From the NCBI GenBank assembly GCA_017609525.1, contig JAFCDT010000001.1, positions 1-40,729 of the forward strand: 40,729 bases of DNA. The letters run 5' to 3'. This document shows positions 18,236-27,310 of the stretch, piece after piece. The translations under genes and the position numbers were made by a program. Numbering within the stretch: the stretch's first letter is position 1; each line of letters opens with the position of its first letter. Source of the stretch: Candidatus Woesearchaeota archaeon (GTDB taxonomy: Archaea > Nanobdellota > Nanobdellia > SCGC-AAA011-G17 > JACPNG01). Below the pieces are notes generated by a model. It worked only from the letters and a program-made list of their open reading frames with translations, had not been told where the DNA came from and ran no database searches.

Positions 18236-19867
18236 TTAATTATGAGTAAACCAAAATATTAGTTTATCTTTTTCTTTTTTATCCAGCCTGCAGAAACCAA
18301 ATCTAACAAACTGTACAATAGTTCCTTCTTTCAATTTCATTAAATCTTTCTCGCCTAATCCTTTAGTAACCTTCCCATCGGGCATAAACACTTCAACATT
18401 AATATTGCCACCCTTTACAGGCAACCAATGAATTAAAGCTGCATGCAAAGAAGCATCATGCTCTCTGGATACAAATTCTAAATCTTTAAAATTAAACAGA
18501 TTAATTAACCGATACATCTTATTCTTCTTTAACCTGTCACCAACATAAAAATTCCCATTAGTTTCAAAAACTCTAAATCCCCTTTTAGGGTAGTCAGGAT
18601 GTAAAGGCACTTTCGCTTTAGTTCTCGGAGCTTTTTTAATATTTATTTTAATAGGGTTAGCAACAAAGAAGTACCTGTTGGTTTTTTTATCCAATATCCT
18701 TCTATTTCTTACATACAGATCCTCCCATGTTAAAATAGACTCAGCCTTAGTAATGCCACTGCTAACAACAAAATCAATAATCGCTTCTTTAGTAAAGCCT
18801 CTTCTTCTTAGTGCAACTATTGTAGTTAATCTAGGATCATCCCATCCAACTAATTCTTTCTTTAATATTTTATTTCTGATAATTCTCCCGCTTGATTGCA
18901 CCCCTTTAATATTAAACCTTGCAAATTCATATGTATGTGTAACATTTAATCCGAGTATTTTTTGAATATATCTCTGCAATTCAGACCTTAACTCAAACTC
19001 CTTGCTTCTTAACCTATGTGTAACTCCATAATATCCATCCATAATTGCATTTTGAAAATCATAAGTAGGCCAAACTCGGTATTTTTTGCCCAATCTTGCA
19101 TGTTTAGCATCAACAATCCTAAACATAGCAGGATCTCTCATAGTTGTATTCAAATGATTCATATCAATCTTCAATCTAACAATCGCATCTCCAGCCTTTT
19201 CATCAAAGAACTTTTCCCAATTTTCCATGTTTTTCTTGCCACTAACATGTCTATGCTCACATTCTAAAGCCCGCCTTCTGTTTGCACTGATCTCCTGTTG
19301 GTTACAATAGCAAACATAAGCATCATTTCTCTTAATCAGCTGCTTGCCAAACTTGTAGAATAATTCAAGATTGTCAGAAGCATACTGCAATTTGTCCCAC
19401 TTAACACCCAGCCATTTAAAGTCTTTTAACATTATGGTATAGAATTCCTTTTTAACCAGCTCAGGATTAGTGTCCTCAAATCTAAGAATAAATTTTCCAT
19501 TATACTTTTTAGCTAATAAATAATTCAGGATTAAAGCCTTAGCATGGCCAATGTGCGGATATTTTTCCGGACCAGGCGGAAATGCGGTTACAACTTTCTG
19601 TCCTTTTTTAATTCCTAAGAACTCAAAAATATCTTTTTCTTCTTTTTTTATTTCGGTTTTTCCACCCAACTTTTCTAGTTCTTTTTTCTGTTCTTCTAAT
19701 TCCATAGAATTAACTTTTTCAATAACATCTTTAGTTTCTTTAAAGATTTTCTTTTTATCCTTAACTTTGATTGTTGAGAATATCTTACCAAGGACAGAAC
19801 CTAGCTCAGCTTTTCCTTTGTAACTAACTGCATTCTCTAAAGCTAATTTAAAAATCTTTTTGTCCAT
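18236..19867 (-). CDS. gltX: Glutamyl-tRNA synthetase, archaeal type
   Basis: 543 aa. HIGH motif (PHIGHAKA), RFEDTNP, a KMSKS-like region and the archaeal N-terminal ALENAV..KGKA extension. Confidence 0.9.
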   Translation of the reverse strand: MDKKIFKLALENAVSYKGKAELGSVLGKIFSTIKVKDKKKIFKETKDVIEKVNSMELEEQKKELEKLGGKTEIKKEEKDIFEFLGIKKGQKVVTAFPPGPEKYPHIGHAKALILNYLLAKKYNGKFILRFEDTNPELVKKEFYTIMLKDFKWLGVKWDKLQYASDNLELFYKFGKQLIKRNDAYVCYCNQQEISANRRRALECEHRHVSGKKNMENWEKFFDEKAGDAIVRLKIDMNHLNTTMRDPAMFRIVDAKHARLGKKYRVWPTYDFQNAIMDGYYGVTHRLRSKEFELRSELQRYIQKILGLNVTHTYEFARFNIKGVQSSGRIIRNKILKKELVGWDDPRLTTIVALRRRGFTKEAIIDFVVSSGITKAESILTWEDLYVRNRRILDKKTNRYFFVANPIKINIKKAPRTKAKVPLHPDYPKRGFRVFETNGNFYVGDRLKKNKMYRLINLFNFKDLEFVSREHDASLHAALIHWLPVKGGNINVEVFMPDGKVTKGLGEKDLMKLKEGTIVQFVRFGFCRLDKKEKDKLIFWFTHN

Positions 19868-19900
19868 TTACTAATAAAACTCAATTATAATATAAATAAC

Positions 19901-20335
19901 TTATGTTTTTATCCTTCTATCTTTGGGTATAAAGTTTTTTATCATTCCGTCTTTGTAACTCCCGCACCCATAAAAGTCATTTTTATATTTGACCAGCACA
20001 TAACCGCTGTAATCGCCTTCAGCCTTAACATCCTCTCCCCTAACCCATTTTTCTATTTGTTTTTTATCAAGCTCAACAACATTTTTCTTAGCTTTTTTAC
20101 CGATTATCTGGCTGCCTTCAATGCTCAACCTGTCCCTATTCAAAAAATAAACCCCTAATGAATTAACATACAACCTGCCTATTTCAAAATCCTTAAGTTT
20201 ATTGCTTAACAAATATATCTTATCTTTTCTTTGAATAAAGACGTAATCCAATCTTAAGTCTTGAATACCATACTGCTCTTTTAGATACTCTATAATCTTT
20301 TTTCTTTGCTTAGAGTTTAAGATTTTAAGATTCAT
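19901..20335 (-). CDS. PUA-domain RNA-binding protein, Nip7-like (UPF0113)
   Basis: Start moved to MNLKIL (Met26 of the track ORF), with a TATA-like TTATTTATAAAGG about 40 nt upstream. The C-terminal GYVLVKY.NDFYGCG...G.IKNFIPKDRR resembles PUA/Nip7. Confidence 0.5.
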   Translation of the reverse strand: MNLKILNSKQRKKIIEYLKEQYGIQDLRLDYVFIQRKDKIYLLSNKLKDFEIGRLYVNSLGVYFLNRDRLSIEGSQIIGKKAKKNVVELDKKQIEKWVRGEDVKAEGDYSGYVLVKYKNDFYGCGSYKDGMIKNFIPKDRRIKT

Positions 20336-20428
20336 TTTACGAATAATGACTAGCATAACTTCTATAAAAACCTTTATAAATAAGAAAACATCAAAAATAC
20401 TTGATTTCACTCTTCAAATATCACTTTC

Positions 20429-21043
20429 ATGAAGGATCAAATCAAAAAAGCAATAGAAGTATACAATAAGTATGCTAAGATCTATGCAGACAGGACATTT
20501 AATGTAATTCTGCAATTCCAACAAACAGAATTTATTTCTTTACTTCCAGGGAAAAAAGTCCTAGACATAGGGTCTGGCTCAGGAAGAGATGCAAAACACT
20601 TTAAAGAAGAAGGCTTAGATATTACTGGAATCGATATTTCTGATGGTCTATTAGACGAAGCTAAAAAAAGGGCACCAGGAGTGAATTTTCAAAAAATGGA
20701 TATGCTTAATATGACCTTTAAAGAAAACTCTTTTGATGGAATATGGATAGCAGCCACACTGTCAGACATAGAAAAGAAAGATGCTAAGAAATTTCTAGAA
20801 GATTGTAAAAAGATACTGAAAGACAAGGGTGTTATTTACATCTCAGTTAAAGAAGGAGAAGGAGAAAAAGTAGAAAAAAAGAGTTATCTAAATAATGAAG
20901 AAAGATTTTATAGTTATTACACAAAACAAGAATTAATGGATTTATTAGAATCTGTAGGATTCAAAATAGTAAAATCAAGAAAAATAGAAGATCCAGATAA
21001 TAATTGGATAGAAGTTTTCGCAAAAAAGCCTATTTCTTCCTAA
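20429..21043 (+). CDS. Class I SAM-dependent methyltransferase
   Basis: 204 aa with motif I VLDIGSGSGRD, the post-I acidic GIDIS and FDGIW. Confidence 0.85.
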   Translation: MKDQIKKAIEVYNKYAKIYADRTFNVILQFQQTEFISLLPGKKVLDIGSGSGRDAKHFKEEGLDITGIDISDGLLDEAKKRAPGVNFQKMDMLNMTFKENSFDGIWIAATLSDIEKKDAKKFLEDCKKILKDKGVIYISVKEGEGEKVEKKSYLNNEERFYSYYTKQELMDLLESVGFKIVKSRKIEDPDNNWIEVFAKKPISS

Positions 21044-21431
21044 GGCCAAACAATAAGATAATAACACCAAGAACAATAGCAGAATCTGCAATATTAAAAA
21101 CAGGCCACACTTTAAAATCCAAGAAATCAACTACATTGCCTAAAAAAACCCTATCAATCAGGTTCCCTAACAAGCCCCCCATTAAAAGTCCAAAACCTAT
21201 AAAATGCTCCTTATTTTTGTAATAATATCTCAAAAGAAAAAAGAAGATTACCAGGCTAAGAAATATCAGTACCAGGTTCATTCCCTTAAACATTCCAAAC
21301 AAGGCACCACTATTTAGGTTATAATTTATTGAAAAAAATCCAAAATCCTTGTGCACATTTTTAAACAAAAATTTAGTTAACTGGTCAAGAAAAACTATGA
21401 TTGCTGTTATTGATAAAAATTTATATTTCAT
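21030..21431 (-). CDS. lspA: Lipoprotein signal peptidase (signal peptidase II)
   Basis: 133 aa, 4 TM. NSGALFG, GGLLGNLIDR and VVDFLDF..WPVFNIADSAI match the LspA conserved blocks, including the catalytic Asp contexts. Confidence 0.85.
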   Translation of the reverse strand: MKYKFLSITAIIVFLDQLTKFLFKNVHKDFGFFSINYNLNSGALFGMFKGMNLVLIFLSLVIFFFLLRYYYKNKEHFIGFGLLMGGLLGNLIDRVFLGNVVDFLDFKVWPVFNIADSAIVLGVIILLFGLRKK

Positions 21432-21922
21432 AATTGTTGCATATTCAAAAATGATTTAGCTTGATTAAAAAACTCATAGGTCTGTTCTTTTAATTCTACA
21501 TTATACCTTACATACCTGTCTCTCATAACAAGTTTTTCCCATGTTTCTTTAATGAACTTGACCAAGAAAGGACTTTGCCATCTCTCATCCCAGTCAACTT
21601 TTAAATAAGATTTAACACTAATTGTTATCTTTCCCTTGCAAGCAGATTTATTTTTAACCTTGACCTTTTTAATATTCTGTAATTTAATGCCTACATCAAT
21701 AAAGAATTTAATATATTCATCAACCTTTCTTTCAGAAGTCCATCCAATCTTGGTGTTTTTAGACTCATCCCCTCTAACCTGCTCAGCATGATCTTTTTCA
21801 AAAAGGTCATAATTTTTCCTATTAAACCAGTCTCTCATAAACTGATAGAATTTATCCAATTCAAAAACCGATTCCTTGGTAAAGGTTATTGAAGGGTACA
21901 CCACCCAGTCTATCTCTGACAT
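21428..21922 (-). CDS. Uncharacterised ~165-aa family, tandem paralog A
   Basis: 164 aa with no signal peptide. It shares ELDKFYQFMRDWF..KNYDLFEKD and SERKVDEYIKFFIDVGIK blocks with paralog C. ATGA overlap with lspA. Confidence 0.7.
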   Translation of the reverse strand: MSEIDWVVYPSITFTKESVFELDKFYQFMRDWFNRKNYDLFEKDHAEQVRGDESKNTKIGWTSERKVDEYIKFFIDVGIKLQNIKKVKVKNKSACKGKITISVKSYLKVDWDERWQSPFLVKFIKETWEKLVMRDRYVRYNVELKEQTYEFFNQAKSFLNMQQL

Positions 21923-21961
21923 AATATCCCCTTGTGTTTCGATAAATATAATACTTTCGGT

Positions 21962-22462
21962 TTAAATATATTGGTCAAAATAATTCTTCATCCACTCTCT
22001 CAATTCGTTTGTTTTATTGTACAAATCCAAGATATGGTCGTCAATTCTTTTAGGATTAACAAACCTTTCCCATATTTTCCTGATTGATCCTTGTGGTCCT
22101 TTTTTAATAATGCTAGACCCGATTTTGATATCAAAATCTCCTTTAAATCTTTTTGATTTTTTGCCTTCATATTCTATTTCAATCTCCCTTACTCCAACCA
22201 AGATCCATTTTATCTTTATCAAATAATGAAAATATTTTGTTTTTTTCTTAACTGCTGACCAGAAAATATTAATGGTTTTTGCGCCATCTGGAAATTCCTG
22301 AACATCATACTTGTCTTCATTAAAAGGACTATCATAGCCATTGTGGTCAAGCCACCTTTTAACATCCCTGTAAAAATATTTTAAATCAAGAATTCCAACA
22401 TGCCTAACCCTGAACTCTTTAACAACCTCAATCCTTTCTTCTTGTTTTTCAGCCATCTTCAC
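21962..22462 (-). CDS. Uncharacterised ~165-aa family, tandem paralog B
   Basis: 166 aa. It has the same length and block order (DLKYFYRDVKRWL..NGYD..FNEDK; KKKTKYFHYLIKIKW) but is the most divergent copy. Confidence 0.65.
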   Translation of the reverse strand: MKMAEKQEERIEVVKEFRVRHVGILDLKYFYRDVKRWLDHNGYDSPFNEDKYDVQEFPDGAKTINIFWSAVKKKTKYFHYLIKIKWILVGVREIEIEYEGKKSKRFKGDFDIKIGSSIIKKGPQGSIRKIWERFVNPKRIDDHILDLYNKTNELREWMKNYFDQYI

Positions 22463-22467
22463 CTCTT

Positions 22468-22965
22468 TTAAACATGATACAACTCTAAGACCTCTTTGAT
22501 TGCTTCATGAATCCCCACCATATCTCCATATATTTTTGCTGCATAAAATTCTGGTAACTTGAATCTAATAATATATTGATTATAAATTTTCATCAGAAAT
22601 TTCCCCCATTTATTATATGCAAATTCATTTTTATAATCTAATTTCATATCTCCCTTAACAATCACTTCAATAATGCCCCTATCTAATAGTTTGCCTTTAT
22701 ATTTAACTTTTTTAGTATAGTAAGATTCTATTTCAACAGTAAGTACAAACATAACATAACCATCTACTTTTCTCTCGCCCTTAGCTTTAAAATTAATTTC
22801 CACTCCTTTCTTTTTTATTTTAGTAATGTTTTTGTCTTCAAAATAATCATATTGGCGGGCTTCTATAAATTCTTTTACAGTTTTATACACTTTATTAATA
22901 TCATAAATCCCCTCCACCATTATTTTCATTCCCCTTGTAGGGTGGATAGACACGGTCTCAACCAT
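22468..22965 (-). CDS. Uncharacterised ~165-aa family, tandem paralog C
   Basis: 165 aa. DINKVYKTVKEFIEARQYDYFEDKN and GERKVDGYVMFVLTVEIE align with paralog A. Confidence 0.7.
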   Translation of the reverse strand: MVETVSIHPTRGMKIMVEGIYDINKVYKTVKEFIEARQYDYFEDKNITKIKKKGVEINFKAKGERKVDGYVMFVLTVEIESYYTKKVKYKGKLLDRGIIEVIVKGDMKLDYKNEFAYNKWGKFLMKIYNQYIIRFKLPEFYAAKIYGDMVGIHEAIKEVLELYHV

Positions 22966-22969
22966 ACTA

Positions 22970-23458
22970 CTATATCTCCTCCTTATTCTTATAAGTATTT
23001 CGGTTAAACATCCAAAAAATAAAAATAATTAAAATAATTAAAATTAAAACTAATCCCAACCAGAAATAGTTCCTTTCTGGCTTGGGATTTTCAATAGTTA
23101 GTAATTCTTCGTTTTCTTTATATATAACAATCTCTTTAGCTTCTTCAAAATAAGGAACCAGTAAACCAAAATCAACTTTATTTAATACAATAACATCTCC
23201 TCCTTTGCTTGAAGAATCAACATAAATTCTGTTAGGGACATCAAATCTAAAAGAATAGATTTTTGCATTTTTAGAGGAAACAACAGCCAGATAATATTCT
23301 CCTTCCTGAATTTTCCTATCAGGGTAATATCCAAAGAGATTATATTTATTATTTAAAGAAAGTTTACCATCTTCGTAATGTAAACTAACCAGAACAACAT
23401 CACTTGCAACTACGAAAAAACTGCAAACCAATAATAAAAATAATAATTTAAATTTCAT
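22970..23458 (-). CDS. Secreted beta-rich protein with N-terminal signal peptide and C-terminal TM anchor
   Basis: 162 aa. N-terminus MKFKLLFLLLVCSFFVVAS, C-terminal YFWLGLVLILIILIIFIFWMF. 4-nt overlap with the upstream peptidase gene. Confidence 0.65.
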   Translation of the reverse strand: MKFKLLFLLLVCSFFVVASDVVLVSLHYEDGKLSLNNKYNLFGYYPDRKIQEGEYYLAVVSSKNAKIYSFRFDVPNRIYVDSSSKGGDVIVLNKVDFGLLVPYFEEAKEIVIYKENEELLTIENPKPERNYFWLGLVLILIILIIFIFWMFNRNTYKNKEEI

Positions 23459-24492
23459 TTGTAAACCCCTATTCTCTTTAATATTTCATTTTTACTCACT
23501 TCATTAAATTCATTTAAGCTAAAAGGTCCAAAAGATCTCATTATTGAATCGTCACTAGACCTATAATAACTTTTCAGACTGCAGCCTAAGAATTTATTTT
23601 CCCACTCTGGGTTCTCTTGGCAATTTGCTGCATTAACCTTGTCTAAGCCTTCAACAAGGTATTCGTCTGCTAATTTTCCCAAAATATGACCAAATTCATG
23701 TAAAACAACCAGATTATCATCTGCGGTATTTATAGCCATAGTCCTTCCAAAAGAGCTACTCCTTGGAACATCCAACAATTGTTTAGATAAGATTATAATA
23801 TAATCATTAGGGCACCTAGCAGCTAATCGTTTAGCCTCAAGATCATCACAAATAATAAAATCTTCAGTGTTACAATTAATCTTTTCATCAACAAAATAAA
23901 AATTAAAACTGTCCTTATTAGAGCTTAATGGCTCCTTAGAAAACAAAGTATCAATATACTCATTTACCTTAGAACTAAAGTCTTCATTCTTCAGATTGTG
24001 ATTCAAAAACACAACATCAATATTATTACCTTTATTATATAAAACAGACTTACATTCTTGTTCTGATTTTGTTAATTTAATCTCAACATCTTCTTCTTTT
24101 ATAATCTCAAGTTCTACAATTCCATTAACCTCACTACAAATAGCATTATTTTGAACATTAAATCCTCCCTCTAACTTATAAAAATGTCCTGGAATAAAAT
24201 AAATTCCCTTGCCTTGATAAATAAAATCTTGACTGTCTCCTTCATCAGAAGCAACACAAACTTTTTTAATTCTGTTTGGCAAAGAAAAACTTACAATTCT
24301 AGAACCTTCTTCTAATCCCTTATATTCATCAACTATATTTCTTAAACTCAAGGCAATATTAGTTAACTGAGCTGTTTCTGCGGTTTTCTGGCTTTTCTTA
24401 ATCATTATAAATCCAAAAACCAATATGACAATAACAAGTAGCAAAATAAATATATAAATAAACATATGAGAATTAATCTGACCTCTTTTCAT
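23455..24492 (-). CDS. Membrane-anchored zinc metallopeptidase, M64 (IgA-peptidase)-like
   Basis: 345 aa. HEFGHILGKLADEY matches the HExxHxxxxxxDEY signature I associate with M64. The N-terminal MKRGQ + 22-residue hydrophobic segment is a signal anchor or possible class III (prepilin-like) signal. Confidence 0.6.
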   Translation of the reverse strand: MKRGQINSHMFIYIFILLLVIVILVFGFIMIKKSQKTAETAQLTNIALSLRNIVDEYKGLEEGSRIVSFSLPNRIKKVCVASDEGDSQDFIYQGKGIYFIPGHFYKLEGGFNVQNNAICSEVNGIVELEIIKEEDVEIKLTKSEQECKSVLYNKGNNIDVVFLNHNLKNEDFSSKVNEYIDTLFSKEPLSSNKDSFNFYFVDEKINCNTEDFIICDDLEAKRLAARCPNDYIIILSKQLLDVPRSSSFGRTMAINTADDNLVVLHEFGHILGKLADEYLVEGLDKVNAANCQENPEWENKFLGCSLKSYYRSSDDSIMRSFGPFSLNEFNEVSKNEILKRIGVYK

Positions 24493-24506
24493 TAAAATTA
24501 AAAATA

Positions 24507-24848
24507 TTAGCCTTTATTTAAAGATTTTGAATTAGGATAATTCTCTCTTGCCCTTAATACAGCCCCATTATATTCTTCAGTAGCTGGTTGAACAACAATC
24601 TGAAACCCATCATGGTATATTGAAGGCTCAACCAATTTAATTACTTCTTCAAGAAACTCCTCATCCCCTTGTCTTGGGTGGATTGTTAATATCTTTCCAT
24701 GCAAAGTAACATCCGAGTTCTCAAGGACAGCACATCTTTTACTGCACGATAGAAATGCGTCTCTAGAACATAAAGGACTATCTCGTATCTTTTCTTCTAA
24801 CAAACCAAGCAATTCTTCAATTCTTTTTACCGCTGGGTCATCTATCAA
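24507..24848 (-). CDS. Hypothetical protein (three clustered Cys)
   Basis: 113 aa with a TTG start and GGAGGG 11-12 nt upstream. It lies 14 nt upstream of the peptidase gene. No motif recognised. Confidence 0.45.
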   Translation of the reverse strand: MIDDPAVKRIEELLGLLEEKIRDSPLCSRDAFLSCSKRCAVLENSDVTLHGKILTIHPRQGDEEFLEEVIKLVEPSIYHDGFQIVVQPATEEYNGAVLRARENYPNSKSLNKG

Positions 24849-24907
24849 TATCCAAATCCCTCCTCAAAATTAAGAAATTTTGATCATATAAAAACATTAT
24901 TATACTC

Positions 24908-25225
24908 TTATCTATAAAACAAAGAAACAATTTTTTCCAAACCATACCCCACTAAAGAACCTATTGAGGAAGTAACCGGCCACATTTTAACACCAACCCA
25001 TAAACCTCCAAACCCCCCCACGCCTTCCAAAGGCAACTCTAAAAAAGAATCATTTAGATTAAGATAATCAACTAAGAGATCTATACTTTTATAACCCAAA
25101 AAACTGCAACACCCAACACCAATTAAAATTCCTAAATTAGAACCCAAATACGCGCCACCCCCCATCCCCTTCCTACATTTTGTAGCTAAATCAGCCAATC
25201 CCATAAGAAATACTATAACAATCAT
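24908..25225 (-). CDS. Gly-rich small membrane protein (glycine-zipper-like), hypothetical
   Basis: 105 aa with GMGGGAYLGSNLGILIGVG and GVGGFGGLWVGV segments. It is the first gene of the minus-strand array. Confidence 0.45.
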   Translation of the reverse strand: MIVIVFLMGLADLATKCRKGMGGGAYLGSNLGILIGVGCCSFLGYKSIDLLVDYLNLNDSFLELPLEGVGGFGGLWVGVKMWPVTSSIGSLVGYGLEKIVSLFYR

Positions 25226-25241
25226 TTTTATATTCTCTTTT

Positions 25242-25266
25242 GAAAAAAATTCGGAAAATTTACAAG
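25242..25266. promoter_or_regulatory. Conserved motif GAAAAAAATTCGGAAAATTTACAAG in the divergent control region
   Basis: Its reverse complement matches 9559-9580 at 21 of 22 positions, allowing two single-T/A indels. TATA-like ATTTATAAAG (25276-25285) follows it ahead of the ATG at 25308. Confidence 0.35.
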
Positions 25267-25307
25267 AGTAAAAACATTTATAAAGAAATTAACCTAATAA
25301 AATAGTA

Positions 25308-26777
25308 ATGGCAAAGATTGCTCAAAAAGCATTTAAGGGTGTTTTTTCTGGTTTAATTAAAAAATCAGAAGAAAAAAAAGAGGAAACTAAGTTTGAAGAC
25401 AGAGATAAGTTGCTGGGAAAAAGAATTGACCAGTGGCATTTCCATATGGTTATACAAAAACCCGGCGGCCTTGAAGAAACATATTTCTGGTTACTTAATT
25501 ATTTAAGAAGCGGGCATCTTGGAGGGTATGAAATAACAAAAACTTCAGATGTTTTCACAGCAACCGAATCCTCAAGTTATTTTGGTGATCTAGGTACAAG
25601 AAAAACACAATTACAAGATAAAGTAGCGCAATATCTGGGTACAATAGGGAACATGTCAAAAGCTCTTTTTCAAATAATCAGAGAACTAAGAATCATAGAT
25701 GAAAGATTAACTTATTATGATGAAAGCAAAAAGCAATGGTCTAAAGATAAAGAACAGCACGAAGAGGGAGAGGCAGCAGAGGTTGCTTTAAAGAGCATAT
25801 GGGTGGATATGGTTGAAGGGGGCGCAAAGAATCCAAACTCTGTTACATCCTTGTCCACACAGGTGGGTTTTATAACTCTACCAGACTTTTTCTATAAAAT
25901 TAGTGCAAAATCTATTAAAGATGTTGATAAGAGTGTGGATAAATTAAAAAAAGAGGGAGTAAACAGGAAGGTAAGGGAAATTCTAAAAAGAAAACTATTC
26001 CAGTATTATACGTGGAAGGAAAAAACAGAAAAAGAAATAAGGAACAGAAGAAATTTTACATTAAAATATCTAAGGCAACATTACTATTCTATGAAAACCT
26101 ACATAAGATGGATTAAACCCTACCTAAGACACATAAATAAATTAGAACTTGCACATTATCAAAACGATCCAGAACTTGTAACTGCTTTTGAAACAGCCAA
26201 AATAGAAGTAGAGGTTATTGCAACAAAAAAAACATTTGAGGCTGAGACACCCTTGGGCTTAGTAAAAGCACCCTACCAAGAAGTTATGCCATGTATAAGA
26301 TTACAATTCAAATACACAACAATCCCACAAATGGCCTTTCAGCAAGGCTATCAAAAAGGAGCAATACACGCAGGAAAACTAGAAGTAATAATGGAGGCTT
26401 TTACACCAAAAGCCAAAGACATAAAAAAATATGAAGAATTAAAAGAAAAAGAAGATTTTGAAATAATTGAAGCATTAGAAGCATCGATGATGTCTTTGGG
26501 AGATGAACTCAAACGCTACCTAGAAGAAGCAGGAGAAAAATTTGATGAAGAAAAAAAAGAAAAAGAGCCAGAAAAAGATACTATGCTATCTCCTTTCATA
26601 GGAATATTCAAGGGATTTAAAGAATTGATTCCTAAAAGAGGGAAAAAAGAAGAAACTAAAAAAGAAGAAAAGAGTAAATTTATTAGTCAAGAGGGATCAC
26701 AGGCTAAAGGAGTAAATAGAGACCTCTTTGTTTTATACCACATATACAAAAAAGCCCATGGCATGTTAAGTTGGTAG
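25308..26777 (+). CDS. Hypothetical 489-aa protein (P1) with amphipathic basic termini
   Basis: Long ORF with complex composition. N-terminus MAKIAQKAFKGVFSGLIKK and C-terminal LSPFIGIFKGFKELIPKRGKK look like amphipathic helices. No catalytic or NTP-binding motif recognised. Confidence 0.7.
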   Translation: MAKIAQKAFKGVFSGLIKKSEEKKEETKFEDRDKLLGKRIDQWHFHMVIQKPGGLEETYFWLLNYLRSGHLGGYEITKTSDVFTATESSSYFGDLGTRKTQLQDKVAQYLGTIGNMSKALFQIIRELRIIDERLTYYDESKKQWSKDKEQHEEGEAAEVALKSIWVDMVEGGAKNPNSVTSLSTQVGFITLPDFFYKISAKSIKDVDKSVDKLKKEGVNRKVREILKRKLFQYYTWKEKTEKEIRNRRNFTLKYLRQHYYSMKTYIRWIKPYLRHINKLELAHYQNDPELVTAFETAKIEVEVIATKKTFEAETPLGLVKAPYQEVMPCIRLQFKYTTIPQMAFQQGYQKGAIHAGKLEVIMEAFTPKAKDIKKYEELKEKEDFEIIEALEASMMSLGDELKRYLEEAGEKFDEEKKEKEPEKDTMLSPFIGIFKGFKELIPKRGKKEETKKEEKSKFISQEGSQAKGVNRDLFVLYHIYKKAHGMLSW

Positions 26778-27310
26778 ACCTTAAAAAATATTTAAAGGAA
26801 CTTAAAAAACTCCATCCTGTTGAAAGATTAGATAAACTAGAAGCACTTATGAATGTTGTCTCAAAGGATAAAAAACTAAGCAAAGAAGTTCAAAAAGAAT
26901 TAGATAAAACAATTAAAGAACTACAAGACCTAAGGTTATGGAAAGGAACAAGATCCATAGGTTTAAGTGCTAGGGTAATAAAGCCTACTTCAGAAAAACC
27001 AACAGAAGAAAATCTAGAAGAAAAAATAATAGAGACTCCTCCCCCAAAAGAAGAAAATAAATCTCTTAAAATTTATTCACCAGAATCAGAAAAAAAACCA
27101 GAAGATGATTACCATATTGGACCAAAAAGTGAAGAACCATTATATAAACAGTCAAATAACCACGAAGAAACACAATATCAACAGCAAGATACTACTCAAG
27201 AACAGGAAAAAAACTTTTTTAACCCCCCTTCGCTTTCAAAACAAATAGATAACTATCAAACTGCACCAAAAGAGGAAAGAAAAAAGAAAAAAAATGAATC
27301 TAGGTACTAG
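26771..27310 (+). CDS. Hypothetical protein (P2): short helical N-domain plus P/E/K/Q-rich disordered tail
   Basis: 179 aa. The TTG start overlaps the P1 stop by 7 nt (alternative ATG at 26849). The 3' end overlaps the P3 start by 17 nt. Confidence 0.5.
   Translation: MVDLKKYLKELKKLHPVERLDKLEALMNVVSKDKKLSKEVQKELDKTIKELQDLRLWKGTRSIGLSARVIKPTSEKPTEENLEEKIIETPPPKEENKSLKIYSPESEKKPEDDYHIGPKSEEPLYKQSNNHEETQYQQQDTTQEQEKNFFNPPSLSKQIDNYQTAPKEERKKKKNESRY

Noticed and set aside
23386-23458. Cys in the signal peptide of the 162-aa secreted protein (LLLVCSFF), considered as a lipobox substrate for the operon-encoded LspA.
   Set aside because: Position -1 is Val rather than Gly/Ala/Ser, so it does not fit the canonical [LVI][ASTVI][GAS]C lipobox. 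It cannot be claimed from sequence alone.
26771-27310. The P/E/K/Q-rich tail of P2, considered as a tandem DNA repeat or variable region (DGR-like).
   Set aside because: I saw no exact or near-exact nucleotide repeat unit. There is no reverse transcriptase or template repeat anywhere in the window. The tail looks like ordinary low-complexity disorder.
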